DNA of 48,321 nucleotides from a virus, in IMG/VR virus record IMGVR_UViG_3300025030_000039, positions 380,878 to 429,198 of that record; one strand, 5' to 3'. Of this stretch, positions 27,297 through 35,951 are shown in pieces. The notes under the pieces are model-generated. The model did no database searches. It was not told where the DNA came from and saw only the letters and a list, made by a program, of their open reading frames with translations. Within the stretch, counting starts at the first letter, position 1; the number at the start of each line of letters is the position of its first letter. A program made the translations under genes and the position numbers.

Positions 27297-28058
27297 TTAC
27301 ACTAACTCTATTCCCATAATTTCTGATAATATTTTACGGCCTCTTGCTATTCTATTTTTAACTGTTTGTTCTGTAATCATATTCTTTTTAATTTCATCTC
27401 TTTCAGATTTAAGAGTATTAAATAAAGTTTTATCTCCATTCGTATATGCTACTTTTATTTTATCACATAAATCATTATATTTAGATTTATATTCTTCATT
27501 AAATTTTTCTTCTATTTGTCTATAACTTAAACCATTAAGGAATCGTTCTACCATTATACATTTATAAATAGGTTTTAAATTATGTATTGCATCTAGTAAT
27601 TTACTGTATTGATCATCTTTTTCATTTTGTTCTTTTTCATAATCACTATCATCTTTAATTTCATCAATATCATGTTCATAAAAATCTGTAAAATTTCTAT
27701 CTTTTTTACCAATTTCTGAATTATCAGTATTCTCACTAACTTCATATCCATATGATAAAGATACTCTTGAATTTCTTTCTCTTATAAATTGAATTGAATC
27801 ATGATATGCTATAGTATATAGCCAAGTAGTTATTTGATATGTTTTATCGTATTCATCAATTCTAGTATATAATTTAAACATTGTATTAGAAACCACGTCG
27901 TTCGCTGCATCTTCATCTTGAACTATTTTTAAAACATAATTTCTTATATTTGGATATATTTTTTCATATAAATTTTTAAATGCCTCATCACTACGAGTAG
28001 TATAAAATTCATTTGCTAATTCAGCATAAGTTACTTTTGATAAATCTAATTTTGCCAT
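27297..28058 (-). CDS. sigma-70-family RNA polymerase sigma factor (ECF/late-type), with an insertion inside the region-4 HTH
   Basis: region-2-like DVVSNTMFKLYTRIDEYD...ITTWLYTIAYHDSIQFIRERN and region-4-like LSYRQIEEKF...EQTVKNRIARGRKIL. Confidence 0.55.
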   Translation of the reverse strand: MAKLDLSKVTYAELANEFYTTRSDEAFKNLYEKIYPNIRNYVLKIVQDEDAANDVVSNTMFKLYTRIDEYDKTYQITTWLYTIAYHDSIQFIRERNSRVSLSYGYEVSENTDNSEIGKKDRNFTDFYEHDIDEIKDDSDYEKEQNEKDDQYSKLLDAIHNLKPIYKCIMVERFLNGLSYRQIEEKFNEEYKSKYNDLCDKIKVAYTNGDKTLFNTLKSERDEIKKNMITEQTVKNRIARGRKILSEIMGIELV

Positions 28059-28087
28059 ATAATTTGCCTTTTTATTGTTATAAAAAT

Positions 28088-28618
28088 TTATAACGTTTGT
28101 TTATATTCATTAATTAATTCTTTTATTGTATCTATTTCAACAGGAGCTAAATTCCAACAATCTGCGCATACATTAATTCTATTTTCATTTGCTTTATGCG
28201 GAAAATCTTTATAATTATGACCGTGAAAATGGAATATTCCATCTTCTTTTCCATTCCAGTATTCAAGAGGCCAATGACATAAAATAGCTTTTAATTTAGG
28301 TAATTCAATTATTTGATCATCATACATTTTTACATTATCATATAATTGAGCAGATTCTTTTAAAGCTTTATCTGTATTACCGTTTAAAAAATAAATTTTA
28401 CCTTTTAATTTGCCTAGCATAATATTTGCTATAAAAGGATCCCATGCAAAATTTCCTAAATGATAAACTATATCATTATCTTTAACTTTATCGTTCCATA
28501 ATTTAGTCATTTTTTCATCCATTTCTTCAACTGATTTAAATGGTCTTTTAGCATGATTAATAATGTTCTTACGACCAAACATCGTATCGGAAGTAAGAAA
28601 TATTTTAGTTTTACTCAT
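28088..28618 (-). CDS. calcineurin-like metallophosphoesterase
   Basis: FLTSDTMFG, GNFAWD, GNTD, HFHGHNY metal-ligand blocks. Confidence 0.55.
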   Translation of the reverse strand: MSKTKIFLTSDTMFGRKNIINHAKRPFKSVEEMDEKMTKLWNDKVKDNDIVYHLGNFAWDPFIANIMLGKLKGKIYFLNGNTDKALKESAQLYDNVKMYDDQIIELPKLKAILCHWPLEYWNGKEDGIFHFHGHNYKDFPHKANENRINVCADCWNLAPVEIDTIKELINEYKQTL

Positions 28619-28620
28619 AA

Positions 28621-29601
28621 TTATCCAAATAATTTAATTTTAATTTGTTTTTCAGGAGTATTTTCTCCATAATATTCATCATGCCAATCATTAACTAAAG
28701 AAAAATCAAATTTGTCAAAATAATCATGTATTTCGCGTTCTTGAAAATTAGATAATGAAGTTATTGATTTTTTAAACACTTGTTGTTTATAACTTTTATG
28801 CGTTATAACTAATGGCCATTTTTCTTGAAATAAATCATATTCTTTTTTTCTTATTTCCATTCTTCTATCTCCACCAATTGAACCTTTAGAATTATTAACA
28901 TTATCTAAAGTTTCAAACTTTCTTTTTCCGTCTTCAAAATTTATTGTTGACATCGGTATAGTATGCATAAATGAAAAATACCTACTAATAATTAAAGGTA
29001 AAAATTTATGAGATGCAACCTGCATAGTAAAATCTGTATCTGATCTAAAATTTTCAAATCTATTATCATAATTACATTTTTTAGCCACTTTAGTATTTAT
29101 TATTACTAATTGAGCAGGATTTGAATATAAATTTATATAATTCTTTTGTTGTTTAGAAAAATGATGTATACTAATAGATGGAACTGTAACTAATCCTATT
29201 CTATCTAAGTCTGTTTTCATAACATGTTCTAAAGCTAATAATGTAGGATTAGATTCAAAAGTTTGTGAATGTTTAACATCATCATCATGATGAATATAAT
29301 AATCTCCTAATGTACAACCCCAATCTTTAAGATATTTAAATGTATTAATTATACCCATTCTAGTTGGATACCATTTAAATTCAACTTGTTTAAATTTTTC
29401 AACTAAATATTTTTTATCTTCATCTGAATATTCTTGTCCTAACACATGAACATTTGTTGCATTATAATGTTTAAATAAATTATCTAAACATGCATCAATC
29501 ATTAACGTTTCTTTCTTATGTTTAGTATATCTTTTTAAAGATGGAATCATTATAACTCCATTATATTCAAATCTATCATTTATTTTATTAGACATAATCA
29601 A
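28621..29601 (-). CDS. hypothetical protein (326 aa)
   Basis: ORF; HHDDD acidic cluster could be a DxD but unsupported. Confidence 0.4.
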   Translation of the reverse strand: MIMSNKINDRFEYNGVIMIPSLKRYTKHKKETLMIDACLDNLFKHYNATNVHVLGQEYSDEDKKYLVEKFKQVEFKWYPTRMGIINTFKYLKDWGCTLGDYYIHHDDDVKHSQTFESNPTLLALEHVMKTDLDRIGLVTVPSISIHHFSKQQKNYINLYSNPAQLVIINTKVAKKCNYDNRFENFRSDTDFTMQVASHKFLPLIISRYFSFMHTIPMSTINFEDGKRKFETLDNVNNSKGSIGGDRRMEIRKKEYDLFQEKWPLVITHKSYKQQVFKKSITSLSNFQEREIHDYFDKFDFSLVNDWHDEYYGENTPEKQIKIKLFG

Positions 29602-29809
29602 TCAATATTTTAGTTTTATGTTTTAAATTAATTTCTTCTTCAAATGATCTATATTGAAACCAATAATCTCCAAAAGATTTTTCTTGACCTTCCTTCCAAT
29701 TCATTTCTATATGTATAATATCATTTATTTCATTTATATTTTTTATACACAATAAAGGATATTGTTTTACTAACTCTGATATATTTTCTATTAATTTATT
29801 ATTTTTCAT
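29588..29809 (-). CDS. hypothetical small protein (73 aa)
   Basis: ORF only. Confidence 0.3.
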   Translation of the reverse strand: MKNNKLIENISELVKQYPLLCIKNINEINDIIHIEMNWKEGQEKSFGDYWFQYRSFEEEINLKHKTKILIDYV

Positions 29810-30494
29810 CTTTAATCAGTTTAATAAATTCATTTATTCCTTCAGTTGCTTTACTTTCAATTTTATTTATATACGCATAACCACCTACATTAGGAGTAGG
29901 ATCAATATAATAAATAGGTTTTAAATCATTAACATATTGTAATAAAGTAGCAGCTGGATAAACTTGTAATGTTGTTCCAATAATTAAAAAAATATCAGCA
30001 GATTTAACAATATTCATAGCATCAGATAATAATGGAACACCCTCTCCAAACCAAACTACAGCTGGCCTATATTCATTTAATTTAGAATTAGATAATTCTA
30101 AATATCCTATATTTATCCATTTAGAATTATCCATATCATCTTCATATTTTCGTATTTTTCTTAATTCACCATGAAGATGTAATATGTTTTTACTACCAGC
30201 TCTTTCGTGTAAATCATCCACATTTTGTGTTATAATAAATACATTATAATCTTTTTCTAATTCAACTAATTTAATATGACATTCATTTGGATGTACATTT
30301 GCTAATTCAGCTCTTACCGAATTATAAAAGGAATTCATTTCTTCTCTAATAGAATTCCATCCATTAATAGATGCATAAACTTCTGGATCATATTTTTCCC
30401 AAAGTCCACCTTTATCTCGATATGTAGGAATTCCGCTTTCTTGTGAAACACCAGCTCCTGTAAATACTACTAAATTTTTCTTATTTTTTCCCAT
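29799..30494 (-). CDS. Sir2-family (sirtuin-like) NAD-binding protein lacking the zinc-ribbon module
   Basis: GAGVSQESGIPTYRDKGGLW, ITQNVDDLHERAG, HLHGEL, PAVVWFGE; no Cys pairs where CobB/Sir2 has the Zn ribbon. Confidence 0.55.
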   Translation of the reverse strand: MGKNKKNLVVFTGAGVSQESGIPTYRDKGGLWEKYDPEVYASINGWNSIREEMNSFYNSVRAELANVHPNECHIKLVELEKDYNVFIITQNVDDLHERAGSKNILHLHGELRKIRKYEDDMDNSKWINIGYLELSNSKLNEYRPAVVWFGEGVPLLSDAMNIVKSADIFLIIGTTLQVYPAATLLQYVNDLKPIYYIDPTPNVGGYAYINKIESKATEGINEFIKLIKDEK

Positions 30495-30792
30495 CTGCTA
30501 TTTTATATCTTGAAATTAATTTTTTATTTGGTAATACACAATCTTCAATTATAGCCGGTTCTCGTGTAGGAATAAACCAAGGAACCCATACATGTCCAGG
30601 TGTTTTTTCTTCAACGCTCATTTGCCAATCATTATATTCTTCATTTAAAAATATATTTATTTTTTCTATTTTATCTGAATATGTTTTTTTACAATATTCT
30701 ATAAAATCTTTAACAATAGGTTCTTGTACAAATATAAGATTTCCTTTAGGTAATTTAGGTAATTTTTCCATTTTATTAAAATAAATCTTCAA
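30481..30792 (-). CDS. hypothetical protein (103 aa)
   Basis: ORF only. Confidence 0.3.
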   Translation of the reverse strand: MKIYFNKMEKLPKLPKGNLIFVQEPIVKDFIEYCKKTYSDKIEKINIFLNEEYNDWQMSVEEKTPGHVWVPWFIPTREPAIIEDCVLPNKKLISRYKIADGKK

Positions 30793-32032
30793 TTATATTA
30801 TCTACCGATTTTGATTCAACTTTATTTTTTTTAGACTTTAAAGTTTTAATACTTTTTGTAACATCATGCACTTTATGTAATTCAATTTGAATTGGTGTAA
30901 CTTTATATTTTTCTTTATTGTCTCGTAATATATTAACCAATTCTTTAGAATATTCTTTATCATTAAAATTAACTGCTTTAAACTGTTCTTCTATTATTTG
31001 TTTTCTCATAGAAGGATTACTCTTTATAGCTTTTATTCTTTTTTCTACATCTTCTCTATTAGATACATAATTAAATTTTTGGCAAATATCTGAATGACCA
31101 AATACACGTTTAGTAGGATCTAATTCAATATCAATTAAAGTTATAACAGAAGCCCATATACTTTGATAACATCTCTGAGGCATATCTCTTCCTTCATACC
31201 ACTCATCGCCTATAACAACATGAGTATATGTATCATTAGATTTTTCCATATAATCTTTAGCATCAACTGACTTTCCATAAATAGGAGGTCTGGGATTACC
31301 ATTTTTAGAAGCAATATTTAATAAATCTTCTGAATTTATTTTTCCAAACATTTCAACATTTATACTATCAGAATATCCAAAATAATATTTAACCATTTTT
31401 TTAATTCTTCTATTACCTCGCATTGTCCCTCCATATATTAAATCATAATTTGGTTTATCATTCATGGATAACGGATTATCAAGACATGGAAATTTTTCGA
31501 ATGGAAAATGAATAACATCTGCTACTTGTATTTCTGTTTTAGAAATAACTTCTCTAACATCATCTAATTTATATGGCTGTGAAATATATATTATATCATT
31601 TCGTGTTATTTCAATATCTTCTTGTTTATAATTAGAACTCCATTCTTTTCCTTTAATTGATCCCCAAGTTTGTCTTAATACTAATGCTGGATCACAATAA
31701 ATATAATAAATTTGACCGACAAATTTATTAATAATGAAATAATTTAAAATTTGATCCCTAGATTCAGCACCACCAAAATAATTTATGGTTCCGTTCAATA
31801 TAATTAATGCATCATATTTTCTATCATTAATTTTATCAAAATTATCTTCAATATTATAAAAATTAAATGTATTTGGATTATTATCTTTTGCTAAAATTTT
31901 TGTATAAATATCTATTTTTGCCCCACCTCTATGTAGAGTTTCAATTATATATCTAGCCTCATAATTTCCACCAGATGTATCTCTAGCATCCCATGCTATC
32001 CTAGAACCTATTTTAATTACTGCTATTTTCAT
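30776..32032 (-). CDS. bgt-like: DNA beta-glucosyltransferase homolog (T4 BGT-like, GT63-type)
   Basis: recalled T4 BGT blocks align along the length: MKIAVIKIG/MKIAIINMG, DALIILNGTINYFGG/DRLIVVNSSINFFGG, QIYYIYCD/KIYYLFTD, YDLIYGGTMRGNRRIKKMV/LDVIYGGSFRSGQRESKMV, VVIGDEWYEG...IWASVITLIDIELD/LIIGDKNYND...TMASDAVMLIDEEFD. Confidence 0.6.
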   Translation of the reverse strand: MKIAVIKIGSRIAWDARDTSGGNYEARYIIETLHRGGAKIDIYTKILAKDNNPNTFNFYNIEDNFDKINDRKYDALIILNGTINYFGGAESRDQILNYFIINKFVGQIYYIYCDPALVLRQTWGSIKGKEWSSNYKQEDIEITRNDIIYISQPYKLDDVREVISKTEIQVADVIHFPFEKFPCLDNPLSMNDKPNYDLIYGGTMRGNRRIKKMVKYYFGYSDSINVEMFGKINSEDLLNIASKNGNPRPPIYGKSVDAKDYMEKSNDTYTHVVIGDEWYEGRDMPQRCYQSIWASVITLIDIELDPTKRVFGHSDICQKFNYVSNREDVEKRIKAIKSNPSMRKQIIEEQFKAVNFNDKEYSKELVNILRDNKEKYKVTPIQIELHKVHDVTKSIKTLKSKKNKVESKSVDNIIEDLF

Positions 32033-32318
32033 ATCTCATTACTTGTTCAAGTCTACCAAATATTAAATCTACAAATTTATGTGTTGTAGTATCTCTATCA
32101 TATATTATTTTTGCACCTAATAAATTCATATCGATAATTTGTGGTACATTATTAGTTTCATCACAAATAACATCAATATTTTCGTGATTAATTAAAAATA
32201 TTCCCTTTAAAATTAAAGCAAATCCTTCTCTAAATTCAGCAGTATTAAAATAATGAGGATTATTCATTAATTCAGAGTTAACTTTACTATAAATATTTGA
32301 CACTAATTCTTTTTTCAT
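32013..32318 (-). CDS. hypothetical protein (101 aa)
   Basis: ORF only. Confidence 0.35.
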   Translation of the reverse strand: MKKELVSNIYSKVNSELMNNPHYFNTAEFREGFALILKGIFLINHENIDVICDETNNVPQIIDMNLLGAKIIYDRDTTTHKFVDLIFGRLEQVMRYENSSN

Positions 32319-32375
32319 TATATTCTTATTTTATTATTCAGACCTATCTCAAACTATATTAAATTTAAGATCTAA

Positions 32376-32591
32376 TTATTTGTTAAGTTGGAAGATTCTT
32401 GATAGATATTCTTTACTTAAAGTTTCAGCATCTTTTAGTTTACTAAACATTTCTTCTCTGACATCTTTCAAAGTCCTATCATTTGTTTCAAAACGCGATT
32501 GTAGGAAAGTATGAAAATTTATTTTATCTTCATCAGATAATTTATCGTATATTTTTTTAATTGCTTCTAAATATGTTAATTTATTTTGCAA
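32376..32591 (-). CDS. hypothetical small protein, paralogous to 32576..32800
   Basis: shared pattern xNKLxxxxxxxKxLSxxDKIxFxxFxxxxxE with neighbour. Confidence 0.35.
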   Translation of the reverse strand: MQNKLTYLEAIKKIYDKLSDEDKINFHTFLQSRFETNDRTLKDVREEMFSKLKDAETLSKEYLSRIFQLNK

Positions 32592-32800
32592 ATTTGTTTT
32601 GTTAAAAATTCAACATTAAAATAAGGTTCTTCTTTATCATTTTTTAATTTTAATAAATCATTAATAATATCTAATCTTTCATTAATTAATTCTAGATTTT
32701 CAACTTCTTGACTTCGTTTAATAAAAAAACCAAATTTTATTTTATCTCTATGACTTAATGATTTATATAAATCTTTTATGTCTTCTAATTTATTTTCCAT
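32576..32800 (-). CDS. hypothetical small protein, paralog of 32376..32591
   Basis: tandem duplicated small ORF; AGGAGG-like sequence 7 nt upstream of ATG. Confidence 0.35.
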   Translation of the reverse strand: MENKLEDIKDLYKSLSHRDKIKFGFFIKRSQEVENLELINERLDIINDLLKLKNDKEEPYFNVEFLTKQICKIN

Positions 32801-32951
32801 TTTTATCCTCCGTATTTTGTAATTTTTGTTTTAATTCTATTAAAATTTTATATTGATCGTCTGACCAAATTTGAACTTTCTTTTTATTAAAACCTTCATT
32901 TTCATCATTTCTATTTCGATCATTATTAGATCTTTCTTTAGTATTTTCCAT
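32790..32951 (-). CDS. possible small ORF (53 aa, N/D/E/K-rich) below ORF-track cutoff
   Basis: ATG at 32951; stop overlaps start of 32576..32800; low-complexity so may be spurious. Confidence 0.2.
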   Translation of the reverse strand: MENTKERSNNDRNRNDENEGFNKKKVQIWSDDQYKILIELKQKLQNTEDKNGK

Positions 32952-33455
32952 TTAAAAAATTTTGTTTTGTTTTATTTTATTATTGTTTTTATTATCTAAA
33001 TATATTATATCTATATCAAAAGGTGATACATAATATTTATTTATTTTATAATCAGCATATTTAACTTTGTTTATTTGATAATATATTTTAATATTTGAAT
33101 TATTTTCTAATGTATACCAAATATATTTAACAGATTTATTATTTAATCTGAATTCTTGTCTTTCTTTTATTTTTAAATGATTTTTATCGAATTCAATATA
33201 TGGTCCATGATCACCTATAACTATTCTATTATATCCTATTACAAAAACTTCTTTGTTAAAAATTAATAAATTATTTTCAGAAATATTTTGAAATTTATAA
33301 TATTTATCTAAATATTTTTTATAAATATTTCTTATTATTTGACTATCAATATTATCTAAACAATTATAATTTCCTCTATTAATATTTTCCCAATAAAAAT
33401 TCCAAACTTCTAATTCTTTATTATCTTTAATTTCTTTTAATATAAAATTATACAT
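32952..33455 (-). CDS. hypothetical protein (167 aa)
   Basis: ORF; 8-nt overlap with hydroxymethylase gene. Confidence 0.4.
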   Translation of the reverse strand: MYNFILKEIKDNKELEVWNFYWENINRGNYNCLDNIDSQIIRNIYKKYLDKYYKFQNISENNLLIFNKEVFVIGYNRIVIGDHGPYIEFDKNHLKIKERQEFRLNNKSVKYIWYTLENNSNIKIYYQINKVKYADYKINKYYVSPFDIDIIYLDNKNNNKIKQNKIF

Positions 33456-34329
33456 TACTTTTTATATTTGTATAAATCCAATTAAATAATTTATCTTCAC
33501 TTATAAATAATTTATCTTCTAATATACATGAAGTTAAATATTTAAATACAGAACTCATTTTACCTTTATTATCTATTATATTTAAATCTATTAATGGTAA
33601 TTCTAAAGGTACAAAAGGATGCGCTAACATTTCATTAATGAGTTCAAAATTTCGTTGATATATGTGAAGTGAATTATCTATATGTGTATATTTTCCAAGT
33701 TGTAAATCATGATATTTATCTTCCTTAAGAAGTTTAAACATTTGTTGATGTAATAAAGTAAAAAACGCTATATCAGTTGGTAAACCTAATATAGCATCGT
33801 TTGACCGCATTTCAACAGTAAAATCTAATTTATTATCTCTAATATGAAATATACCTGTTAGTGTACATACAAAATCTTTATTACCTTCAAATTGATGATC
33901 TGGTGTATTAAAATGCATTATAGCTTGTCTTGTATCTTTATCAGATATTAATGAATCATAAGCCCATTCCCATTGATTTTTATTATGTTCATTTACTCTA
34001 TTAAATAATAAATATCCATAAGCACTATTAACAGTTAATCCATCAGGATTAACTATTTGATTCCAAAATTTTGCGTATTTTGATATAAATTCTATAGTAT
34101 TATAACCATTAAAATACCATATTAATTCCGCGGAAATATATTGTAATTGACTGCCTCTTCTTTCATTTTTATATAATGCTGACAATGGATTTGTTATTTC
34201 AATAGATACATTAATATCTTCATTTACATTTTGACCTCTTGGAGATGTAATATATTGAGGATTATAATACAAATCAACTAATATTTTTTTATATGCTAAA
34301 GCAAATGTCTGTTCAGTATAAGTTTTCAT
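33448..34329 (-). CDS. thymidylate-synthase-superfamily dNMP hydroxymethylase, cytosine-type (T4 gp42 dCMP hydroxymethylase-like)
   Basis: DFVCTLTGIFHIR (catalytic Cys block, cf. gp42 DFMCTNTVQYLIR) and VEMRSNDAILGLPTDIAFF (cf. gp42 MRSNDVVFGFRNDYAW; Asp at the position that is Asn in thymidylate synthase PFNIASY). Confidence 0.6.
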   Translation of the reverse strand: MKTYTEQTFALAYKKILVDLYYNPQYITSPRGQNVNEDINVSIEITNPLSALYKNERRGSQLQYISAELIWYFNGYNTIEFISKYAKFWNQIVNPDGLTVNSAYGYLLFNRVNEHNKNQWEWAYDSLISDKDTRQAIMHFNTPDHQFEGNKDFVCTLTGIFHIRDNKLDFTVEMRSNDAILGLPTDIAFFTLLHQQMFKLLKEDKYHDLQLGKYTHIDNSLHIYQRNFELINEMLAHPFVPLELPLIDLNIIDNKGKMSSVFKYLTSCILEDKLFISEDKLFNWIYTNIKSNV

Positions 34330-34965
34330 TACTGATTAGCTTTTAATATTATATTTTTTATTTGATTATTAATTTCTTCAGGTGTATGATTAGAAACATT
34401 TATAAGATATTTATGATAAATTTTACTTTTATTAAAAGCTTCTTCAAATGCTTCTTTTTCTATTTTAACTTCTTCTACATTTTTATAAAATGATAAACCA
34501 TCATCTCTTTTAAGAATTGTTTCTGGATCATTTACAAATACAAACATAAATAAATTATCTTTTAATTCATTTACATATTGTTTTTCTATATCTAAAATAT
34601 AATCACCAGAATATTTTCTATATAAAGGAGCATATACCAATTCTCCTAAATGACTCCTATCAAAAATATAATTATAAGAATTATTAGAAAACAAATCTGA
34701 TGACATTTTATTATTTATACTTTCTATCATCATTGTAAACATTTGATTGTATAAAGTAGTAGAATAATTTATATGTTCTTCGTCTTTATTGAAAGGTAAT
34801 CCACTATAATGAAATGTTTGAAATACATTTCCTTTTCCTAAAATATCAGAAGCTTGTATAAGTTTTATTTGAGTTCCTTTACCTGTATTGTACTCAGTCT
34901 GGCCCTTCCATAATAATATGCAATGGAAGGGCCAGATTTTTAATTTTATTTTTTATTTTGTTCAT
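34329..34965 (-). CDS. thymidylate/nucleoside-monophosphate-kinase-like gene interrupted by a frame change (N-terminal 23 codons in one frame ending at TGA 34894-34896; remainder in +1 frame)
   Basis: frame A: MNKIKNKIKNLALPLHIIMEGPD* (hhhEGxD as in TMK IVIEGLDG); frame +1 continues TEYNTGKGTQIKLI...IFDRSHLGELVY (GKGTQ and DRS lid-like motifs) through the annotated ORF 34329..34742. Confidence 0.4.
34901..34932 (-). promoter_or_regulatory. GC-rich perfect 11-bp inverted repeat (ggcccttccat/atggaagggcc, 10-nt loop) immediately 5' (mRNA sense) of the frame-breaking TGA; candidate recoding/bypass or terminator-like structure
   Basis: direct reading; perfect complementarity; on the plus strand followed by a T-rich run (agatttttaattttattttttattttg). 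Confidence 0.45.
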
Positions 34966-34991
34966 ATTTTAAATATTTTTCTTGTGTTATT

Positions 34992-35609
34992 TTATCGAAT
35001 ATTATTAATTTCTGCTTTATTATCAATAAAGGATTCTATAGTACCCTTATTTTTTTCTTCTTTAACGTTTTCTTCTACTAAAATTAAGTCTCTATAATTA
35101 GGATATCTTTTAATTAAAATTTCTAACATTTTAATATCATTATGTTCTCTTATTTCTTCTGATTTTAATTTTTTTATTTTTTCTTCTTCAATATGAGCTA
35201 ACTCAACCTCTTTTCTAAGAAGTTCTATAACTTTCCAATCTTTATGTGTTTTAATTAAAACATCTGCATTTTCATGATTATGAATTAATTCAATATTAAA
35301 ATAAAGTTCTTTAATATTAGAATTTAAAGTATTATAACTTGATTGTAATGGTAAAAATTGTGATAAATATTTATTAATATCTATATCAGCATATAAATCT
35401 ATATTTAATTCATTAATTACATTATATTTAATAATATAAAAAGAATATTCATAATAAGCTAATTTATTTTGGTTTTCTATTTCAGTTAATAAAATATTAA
35501 TAATTTCTTCAACATTTGAACCTTTTATTACAATTTCATTATCATAAAATTTAGTATATCCTTTTAATTGAAATTCACTCTTGTAATTTAATGCTAATTT
35601 ATTTTCCAT
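34992..35609 (-). CDS. hypothetical protein (205 aa)
   Basis: ORF only. Confidence 0.4.
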   Translation of the reverse strand: MENKLALNYKSEFQLKGYTKFYDNEIVIKGSNVEEIINILLTEIENQNKLAYYEYSFYIIKYNVINELNIDLYADIDINKYLSQFLPLQSSYNTLNSNIKELYFNIELIHNHENADVLIKTHKDWKVIELLRKEVELAHIEEEKIKKLKSEEIREHNDIKMLEILIKRYPNYRDLILVEENVKEEKNKGTIESFIDNKAEINNIR

Positions 35610-35656
35610 AATTTTTATTAATTTTATTATATTATATGCACAATATTATATTTTGT

Positions 35657-35950
35657 TTAAATTTTATTAAATAATTTTTCAATTATTAATTCCGTTTCTT
35701 TTATATCGTCTTCAGTAGGTATAGGAACAATATTAACTTCAAAGATTGGACCTTTTTCTACTTTTCCATTATCTATTATTTTGCCCATCGCTCTTAATGA
35801 TATATTTAAAGTTTGTCCAAATTTTTCCTTTATTTCATTAAACAATGAGTTGTTAGTAATTTTAAAATTTATTAGTGTATTATTACTTTCATCAAATTCA
35901 GTCCAGCCGACAATCTGTTCTATATATTTAACAGGTACTAATCCGTTCAT
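35657..35950 (-). CDS. hypothetical protein (97 aa)
   Basis: ORF only. Confidence 0.35.
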   Translation of the reverse strand: MNGLVPVKYIEQIVGWTEFDESNNTLINFKITNNSLFNEIKEKFGQTLNISLRAMGKIIDNGKVEKGPIFEVNIVPIPTEDDIKETELIIEKLFNKI

Positions 35951-35951
35951 C

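Noticed and set aside
34894-34896. UGA read as Trp (genetic code 4) to rescue the kinase-like gene
   Set aside because: The same frame hits TAA two codons later (…TGA GTA CAA TAC AGG TAA), so UGA reassignment would not restore the reading frame. A tRNA-Trp(CCA), not UCA, is encoded.
34888-35097. Plus-strand ORF (69 aa) overlapping the hairpin region
   Set aside because: Low-complexity translation antisense to the kinase-like gene; it spans an obvious minus-strand coding frame and a hairpin, so it is most likely spurious.
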